DNA of 64,000 bases, from assembly GCA_051003155.1 (NCBI GenBank), contig JBPCLO010000013.1:64001-128000 (forward strand), written 5' to 3'. Numbering within the stretch: position 1 is the stretch's first letter; each line of letters begins with the position of its first letter. The DNA is from Fimbriimonadales bacterium. GTDB lineage: Bacteria; Armatimonadota; Fimbriimonadia; Fimbriimonadales; ATM1. The position numbers and the translations under genes are program-made. The notes under the pieces were generated by a model. That model was not told the DNA's origin. It ran no database searches and saw only the letters and a list, made by a program, of their open reading frames with translations. Positions 58,617 to 64,000 of this stretch are shown piece after piece.

Positions 58617-58670
58617 TTAATCTCCCGGGACAATCCAACGTGCCCGGTCGATGCGGGCGAGCCATGGGAA
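58617..58670 (-). pseudogene. 3'-end remnant of a paralog of the 57107-58591 gene (47-bp direct repeat, offset 1510)
   Basis: 58624-58670 matches 57114-57160 at 44/47 nt and encodes FPWLARIDRARWIVPGD* versus FPWFARIDRARWIVPGT*. Confidence 0.85.
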
Positions 58671-58677
58671 CAAGGAA

Positions 58678-58897
58678 ATGACTGAATATCCGATTGTTCT
58701 TGAATTGGAGGAAGACGGGCGGTACTCGGCATCCGCGCCCGATCTGCCCGGCTGCGTGAGTTGGGGTGCGACACGCGAAGAAGCAATCGAGCGCGTGCGC
58801 GAGGCCGTCGAGCTCTGGATCGAATCGGCCAAAGGCCGACGGGGAGAGCATCCCGCAGCCCGGATCCTCCGTCGCCTACGTTAGCGTTGCGAGCTGA
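58678..58897 (+). pseudogene. hicB: HicB-family antitoxin, frameshifted near the C-terminus, no hicA
   Basis: 'YPIVLE.EEDG.Y.A..PDLPGCVSWGATREEA'; removing one A at 58831-58833 restores 'AKADGESIPQPGSSVAYVSVAS*'. Confidence 0.8.
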
Positions 58898-59066
58898 AGC
58901 AATCGGACGTACGATCCGCCCCTGAAGGGCGTTCGCCAGTCTTGAGGATGCCTGAAGACCTCTTCGGTGTCGACTCGCTGCAAGCTGAACAAACCAAGTG
59001 CGTAAGACTCTGCGAATTCGGTCGAGGGTTTTTGCACCGTCCGGCCCGCTCATCGAATTCGCCAGC

Positions 59067-59270
59067 TCAATGAGGGACCTCTCCGGGCCAGCTATTGAGC
59101 TCTTTCCGTGAGCCATAGAGCTCTATCGCCGATCCATAGAGCTCGTTCCCCGGGCCATAGAGGTCGTGCATCGACCCATAGAGCTCTTTCCTTGAGCTAT
59201 AGAGTTCTATTGCCGAGGTGCGCCGAGCCAGGAGTCGCCTGATCATGAAAGCCGCCAGAAGCACGCCCAT
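59067..59270 (-). CDS. Putative micropeptide with six SxxELYG heptads
   Basis: Open frame across the 21-bp repeat; several unit-to-unit differences are synonymous in this frame. Confidence 0.4.
   Translation of the reverse strand: MGVLLAAFMIRRLLARRTSAIELYSSRKELYGSMHDLYGPGNELYGSAIELYGSRKELNSWPGEVPH
59091..59216. repeat. 21-bp tandem repeat x6 (core CCATAGAGCTC) with 84-bp higher-order period
   Basis: Units start at 59091, 59112, 59133, 59154, 59175, 59196; unit1 resembles unit5 and unit2 resembles unit6. Confidence 0.9.
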
Positions 59271-59387
59271 CGGGACGATTTCGAAGGGGCCTCCGGCACA
59301 TTTCCGAACACCCTAAATATTGCGTCGAATTCGACAAAAGACACGGTCATTTGAGGAATTGGACGGTGCGCCGGGTAATATTGCAAG

Positions 59388-60534
59388 ATGCCGTGTACAC
59401 AGCCCAACTACGTTCGTCATACCGGGAACGTCGGCGCTGATGAGCCGTCTGCTGGCGTCGCCAGCGCCGGAGTGGGACCCAAATTGATGGTCAGTAACGA
59501 GCCCGAAGCAATCTCCGTTGTTCCTATTCTGGTGCCGCCGAGTGGGACGACCCACACACTGCATAAGGCCACCATTCCCGTTGGCGCTGCTTATTCACCA
59601 CTTAGGATTTATCTTTGGCATGAAAACAAAGTTGTTCCTGGACAGGAAGTATGGATACATATTGCTGCAAGCCTCTCGACCGGAACCGGCACAGTTGAAT
59701 TGGTCGAAGAAGATGTTCACGGCACGGACCTGGTCTCGATGGGAATGTGCCTATCGAAGGCGCAATTGTACAGCAGCTTTGGCCTACCCTTAGCAAGCAT
59801 CGCGATTTCGACCGCAGAACAAAGTATCTGGTCGCACAACATGGCGCAAAGCACCACTCTCGGTGCGGTTCTCCAACTGACCGTTAGCGCAAGCAACTTC
59901 GGCGACCCTTCAAATAAGAACTGCAGTTTCACAGAATACGACTTTACTCGGTACCTGGACCGACCCGGTTGCACCCCTCAGCAGAGCCGCTCACGTGCGT
60001 GGCACATGGCCTTGGTCTACTATCGAGTTGCCCTGGTGCGATTTCGATGCGCAACCCAACCTCGGCCCTTCCCTTATGAAAATAGGCGTTTGCGAAAGAG
60101 ACGGGCCCGAGGAAGTCAAGTTTTCCTCGGCAAGCGGTGGTTCATCTGCTACCGTAAACAGAGGTCTCTACGGCGTCGACTTATTCTACAGGTTCACACT
60201 GATCAATCAAGGCTCGAACATGGGCGAGGTGTATGCATATTCTGAGACAAGGGGAATTCCCGCGGGCCTGGGTTACTTTGGCGCCGCTCATATCAAGGAA
60301 CCGTTGGGATTCAGCCAGCGGGGCGTTCTGCCAATAAAGCCACCTGATCTCCAAACGCCGGGAACGGAGTTGCAATGGGTCGGTCTGTCAACGACTCTCC
60401 AAGACCAAGACACACCGATTCTTGTCGCCCCGGGTGCGCACATTCCCTTACTTATCGGAGTTGCCAACGGCGGCGCGGCTACTTTGCCGTTCAATTTGGT
60501 TCTAACGAAATTGGCATTTGATAGAGACGAGTAG
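59388..60534 (+). pseudogene. Frameshifted DUF3370-like hypothetical protein
   Basis: Frame 1 'LMVSNEPE..LRIYLWHEN' joins frame 2 'LQIRT..HVRGTWP..NRGLYGV..NGGAATLP' through a +1 shift between 59881 and 59995. Confidence 0.65.
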
Positions 60535-60555
60535 AGATTTGCGAGGCTTTTGAGC

Positions 60556-61686
60556 ATGATTATTTCCTTTTTGATTGGCGGACTACTCGGGCAATCGCTT
60601 GGCGAGGCGCCCGACCAGCTCTTCACTGCCATTGCTCCGACGAGCATTCGTCAAATCGAGGCTACGAACGATATTCATAAGGCCCTGCTCGAAAACCCTT
60701 TGCTTTTTACCTTGATTGCGGAGAACGGGGAGTGCACTTTTGAATCCGCTTATCGCTTTCGCACGTGGGAGCTCCCTTCTGGCAAATTCGACAGAAACGA
60801 CATTATCAGCTACGAGTTGTTCGGGCCGGCACCGTTTCGACTCCGTGTCGGTAATGAGAGTCAAGCTTACTATTGGCCCCGCGCTGCTAACCCGGTGGAG
60901 AAATATCGTAGGCGTTCCCCATTGGGCGGGCTACCCTTGGCTGCCCTTTCCCGCAATCGCATTCTGACTGCGACTACTGAAGAGCGTAGGATCCGAAACA
61001 AGGAAATCGCGTACACGCTCGTGTCGATTGCGCACCTCGAAAAGCGGGGGTCCGATCCAAATCCCACATGGATGATGAAATCGGATGCAAAAAGTGAAAG
61101 GCGAACTCCGATGGCAGGGCGGCTGCTTAGCCAAACCGAAGCGGATGTGGTTTTCTTGGACGAGGGTTATGTCAAGCCTACGACCCATGTCGTACAGTAT
61201 CGTTTCGGTCGCTCCAAGCGACCTGTCCTCGTGTGGAAAAAGACTCTCTCGGGCGTCGGGTATGTCGGCTCCGGGCGACGTGACTCGCGGTTTGCCTTCG
61301 ACCTCGAGCGAAGCCTGATTCTCATGTCACCGGAACGTGACGAGCGCTCGCTATTGTGGACCGAGCGTGCGACTCGTCCGGTTCCGGCGGGGCCGAAGGC
61401 ACTCGTCATGCGAGCGTTCTTCATCCGCGGAAAGCCGTTGTGGCATTTCGTCGACCAGGACGTCTTCTTCTATATTGCGAACGAATCGTCCTGGCGGCCG
61501 TTCGACTGGGGCGACCAAATGGCAAGGGGTCGCAATCATCTTGTCGCCGTGGGGCCAACCAAGGGCGAAGATCCGCCGTCAGTGTTTCGCGGTTATCGCG
61601 TTTGTGCCGCCAGCGCTTCCGGTAAGTACATGTTAGTGTGGCGGTATCTAGACAACTCTCTTTGGCGATTAACGTTTGGGGCGTAA
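60556..61686 (+). CDS. Hypothetical exported protein
   Basis: Long ORF with hydrophobic N-terminus 'MIISFLIGGLLGQ'; no recognised domain. Confidence 0.65.
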   Translation: MIISFLIGGLLGQSLGEAPDQLFTAIAPTSIRQIEATNDIHKALLENPLLFTLIAENGECTFESAYRFRTWELPSGKFDRNDIISYELFGPAPFRLRVGNESQAYYWPRAANPVEKYRRRSPLGGLPLAALSRNRILTATTEERRIRNKEIAYTLVSIAHLEKRGSDPNPTWMMKSDAKSERRTPMAGRLLSQTEADVVFLDEGYVKPTTHVVQYRFGRSKRPVLVWKKTLSGVGYVGSGRRDSRFAFDLERSLILMSPERDERSLLWTERATRPVPAGPKALVMRAFFIRGKPLWHFVDQDVFFYIANESSWRPFDWGDQMARGRNHLVAVGPTKGEDPPSVFRGYRVCAASASGKYMLVWRYLDNSLWRLTFGA

Positions 61687-61807
61687 AGCCCTGGGTCACG
61701 GAATCCCGCAACATTGCGCTCGGCCGCCACGTCTGGACAAATGCGACTCCCACAGAAGACACTTGCGAAAGCTGTATCCGATGTAAAATCGCAACACCAC
61801 TCGACTG

Positions 61808-64000
61808 ATGTCCAAGCCGTTCGTCCATATCCACAACCACACGGAATACAGCCTCCTCGACGGAGCGCAGCGAATTCCGCAGATGGTGGCGAGGGCGAAG
61901 GAACTGGGGATGCCGGCGCTGGCGATTACCGACCACGGCGCGATGTTCGGCGCCATGGAGTTTTATCTCGAATGCAAAAAGCAGGGCGTCAAGCCGATCA
62001 TCGGGATGGAGGCTTACGTCGCCCCCGAAGGCCTGCACAAGCGGAGCGCACGGGAGGAGAACTCCACCTACCACCTGCTTCTCCTCGCGAAAAACAAGGT
62101 CGGCTACCAAAACCTTTGCAAGCTCGCGACGATCTCGTCTCTCGAAGGCTTCTACTATAAGCCCAGGATCGATCATGAAGCGCTGAAGGAACACGCCGAG
62201 GGCCTCATCAGCACCACCACCTGCCTCGGCAGCGAGATCAACCAGTACCTACTCCAAGGTGATTATGACAAAGCCCAGCGGACGGCCGGCCTGTACAAAG
62301 AAATCCTCGGCGACGGCAATTACTTCGTGGAACTGCAGGACCACGGCCTGAAAGAGCAAGCCCAAATTAAGGACGACTTGCTGCGAATATCGCGAGAGCT
62401 TGACTTGCCCCTCGTGTGCACGAACGACTCGCACTATCTTTGCGAAGGCGATTACCAAGCGCACGACGTTCTGCTGTGCATCCAAACGAACGCGAAAGTG
62501 GCCGACAACAAACGGATGCGCTTCGAGACTAACGAGTTCTATCTCAAGTCTCCCGAACAAATGGAGAAGACGTTCGCGGATACGCCGGAGGCTTACGAGA
62601 ACACTTCCGCCATCGCGGACATGTGCAGCTTGGAGTTGGGGAGCGACCGTGTCGAGCTTCCCGACCCCGAGATTCCGGAGGGTTTGTCGTCCCAGGAATA
62701 CCTGTCGAGCCTGGCTCTCGCCGGGCTTAGGGAGCGCTTCGCGAATGTGACCGAGAAGCACGAGGAGCGGCTTCGCTACGAGCTCGGCGTTATCGACACC
62801 ACGGGCTTCCAGAAGTACTTGCTGCTGGTCCGAGAGTTTGCGAAGTTCACCCGCGAACAGGGCATCTATTTCGGCGTTCGAGGTTCGGCGGCAGGCTCGC
62901 TCGTCAGCTACTGCCTCGGAATTACGGACATTGACCCAGTGGAGCACGACCTGATGTTCGAGCGGTTCCTCAACCCCGAGCGGATCGAGATGCCCGATAT
63001 CGACATGGACTTCGAGGATGCCCGCCGCGACGAAGTCATCAGCTATGTCCGCGATCGCTTCGGCGAAGACCGCGTCGCCCAGATCATCACGTTCGGAACA
63101 CTCGGGGCGAAGGCTGCGATGAGAGATGCCGGCCGGGCGCTCGCTATCAGCCCGATAGACGTCGATCGCTTGTGCAAGCTGGTCCCCTCGATTCCGGGCA
63201 CCACGATCGAGCGCACGCTTCACGACATCCCTGAGTTCAAGAGGGCCTACGCCGAAGACGCGACGGCGAAGCAGCTCATCGACACGGCGAAGAGCATCGA
63301 AGGCGTTAGCCGACACTACGGCGTGCACGCAGCTGGCGTGGTCATCAGCAAGGAGCCGCTGCGAAATACCGTTCCGCTCGCGAAGGGGTCGGACGACCAG
63401 ATCATCACGCAGTTCCCGATGGACATGCTCGAGAAGGCGGGCCTTCTCAAGATGGACTTCCTCGGCCTGAGCAACCTCACCGTTCTATCCAGGGCCGTCC
63501 AGAACGTCGAAGCCGCCGGCAAAGGCAAGATCGACATCCTGAATATCCCGACTGACGACGCCAAGTCCTACGAAGTCATTGGCCGTGGCGAGACGGTCGG
63601 CATTTTCCAGTTGGAGGGCGGCGGGATGACGCGCTACGTTCAGGAGCTCAAGCCCCAAAACATCGGCGAGCTGGCCGCCATGGTGGCTCTCTACCGACCC
63701 GGCCCAATGGAGCACATTCCGCGCTATATCCGCGGGAAGTTCGGACTGGAAAAACTCGCCTATATCGACCCGCGAATGGAAGAAACCCTAGCGGAGACCT
63801 ACGGGGTCATCGTCTATCAAGACCAGGTCATCCACCTCGTTCGCGCTCTCGCGGGATTCAGCCTCGGCGAAGCCGACATCCTTCGTAAGGCCATGGGCAA
63901 GAAGGATAAGAAGGCCATGGCTTCAGCCCAGACATCGTTCATATCCCGCGCTGTAGAGCTGGGAATGGCCGAGGCCGATGCGAACGAGGTCTTCGACCTA
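61808..64000 (+). CDS. dnaE: DNA polymerase III alpha subunit (5' part, runs off the window)
   Basis: ATG 61808 'MSKPFVHIHNHTEYSLLDG', 'ITDHG', 'RGSAAGS', 'FERFLNPER..MPDIDMDF', 'HAAGVVI', 'KMDFLGL'; absent from the ORF track because there is no stop codon in the window. Confidence 0.97.
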   Translation, partial: MSKPFVHIHNHTEYSLLDGAQRIPQMVARAKELGMPALAITDHGAMFGAMEFYLECKKQGVKPIIGMEAYVAPEGLHKRSAREENSTYHLLLLAKNKVGYQNLCKLATISSLEGFYYKPRIDHEALKEHAEGLISTTTCLGSEINQYLLQGDYDKAQRTAGLYKEILGDGNYFVELQDHGLKEQAQIKDDLLRISRELDLPLVCTNDSHYLCEGDYQAHDVLLCIQTNAKVADNKRMRFETNEFYLKSPEQMEKTFADTPEAYENTSAIADMCSLELGSDRVELPDPEIPEGLSSQEYLSSLALAGLRERFANVTEKHEERLRYELGVIDTTGFQKYLLLVREFAKFTREQGIYFGVRGSAAGSLVSYCLGITDIDPVEHDLMFERFLNPERIEMPDIDMDFEDARRDEVISYVRDRFGEDRVAQIITFGTLGAKAAMRDAGRALAISPIDVDRLCKLVPSIPGTTIERTLHDIPEFKRAYAEDATAKQLIDTAKSIEGVSRHYGVHAAGVVISKEPLRNTVPLAKGSDDQIITQFPMDMLEKAGLLKMDFLGLSNLTVLSRAVQNVEAAGKGKIDILNIPTDDAKSYEVIGRGETVGIFQLEGGGMTRYVQELKPQNIGELAAMVALYRPGPMEHIPRYIRGKFGLEKLAYIDPRMEETLAETYGVIVYQDQVIHLVRALAGFSLGEADILRKAMGKKDKKAMASAQTSFISRAVELGMAEADANEVFDL

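Noticed and set aside
57114..58670. Diversity-generating retroelement VR/TR pair at the gene 3' end
   Set aside because: Only 47 bp; mismatches are not adenine-specific and are mostly synonymous; no reverse transcriptase in the window. A paralog remnant explains it better.
59091..59216. CRISPR array
   Set aside because: The period is only 21 bp, the variable parts are ~10 nt and recur, and there are no cas genes.
61421..63715. Long minus-strand ORFs (61421-62194, 62249-63328 and others)
   Set aside because: Antisense shadows of dnaE in GC-rich DNA. The same applies to most overlapping ORFs in the track.
61808..64000. Intein in dnaE
   Set aside because: The visible part reads as continuous DnaE motifs with no apparent insertion; the remainder lies outside the window.

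Overview
GC-rich bacterial chromosomal segment, most likely Armatimonadota (Fimbriimonadia-like). This taxonomy is inferred from the DUF1559/H-X9-DG prepilin-like proteins, a PEP-CTERM/HAF-repeat protein and a lineage-typical C-terminal domain. Most of the window is housekeeping: ffh-rpsP-khpA-rimM-trmD-rplS-lepB, greA, alaS, metH, glcD/E/F split by an ABC-F gene, pdxS, ispG, mpg, an ECF sigma/anti-sigma/HtrA-like trio, recJ, comF, rfbA, rpoZ-dnaJ-prmA-rph-rdgB, and the 5' part of dnaE, which the ORF track misses. Two accessory patches show gene decay. The first (35.3-39.4 kb) holds an orphan terminase-small-subunit-like gene and two broken secreted repeat-protein genes. The second (57.1-61.7 kb) holds a paralog remnant, a frameshifted orphan hicB, a 21-bp repeat/heptad micropeptide and a frameshifted DUF3370-like gene. 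The most notable observations are: (1) a cytochrome b-cytochrome c fusion retaining only the heme bL histidines, with no Rieske gene nearby; (2) -10 hexamers 5-10 nt before many start codons, suggesting widespread leaderless transcription; (3) a galactose-oxidase-like protein with His->Asn at a Cu ligand; (4) an HtrA/PDZ pseudoprotease in an ECF operon; (5) a ~150-aa candidate sorting domain on secreted repeat proteins. I saw no rRNA, tRNA, CRISPR array or transposase. All family calls come from motif recognition by eye, without database searches.
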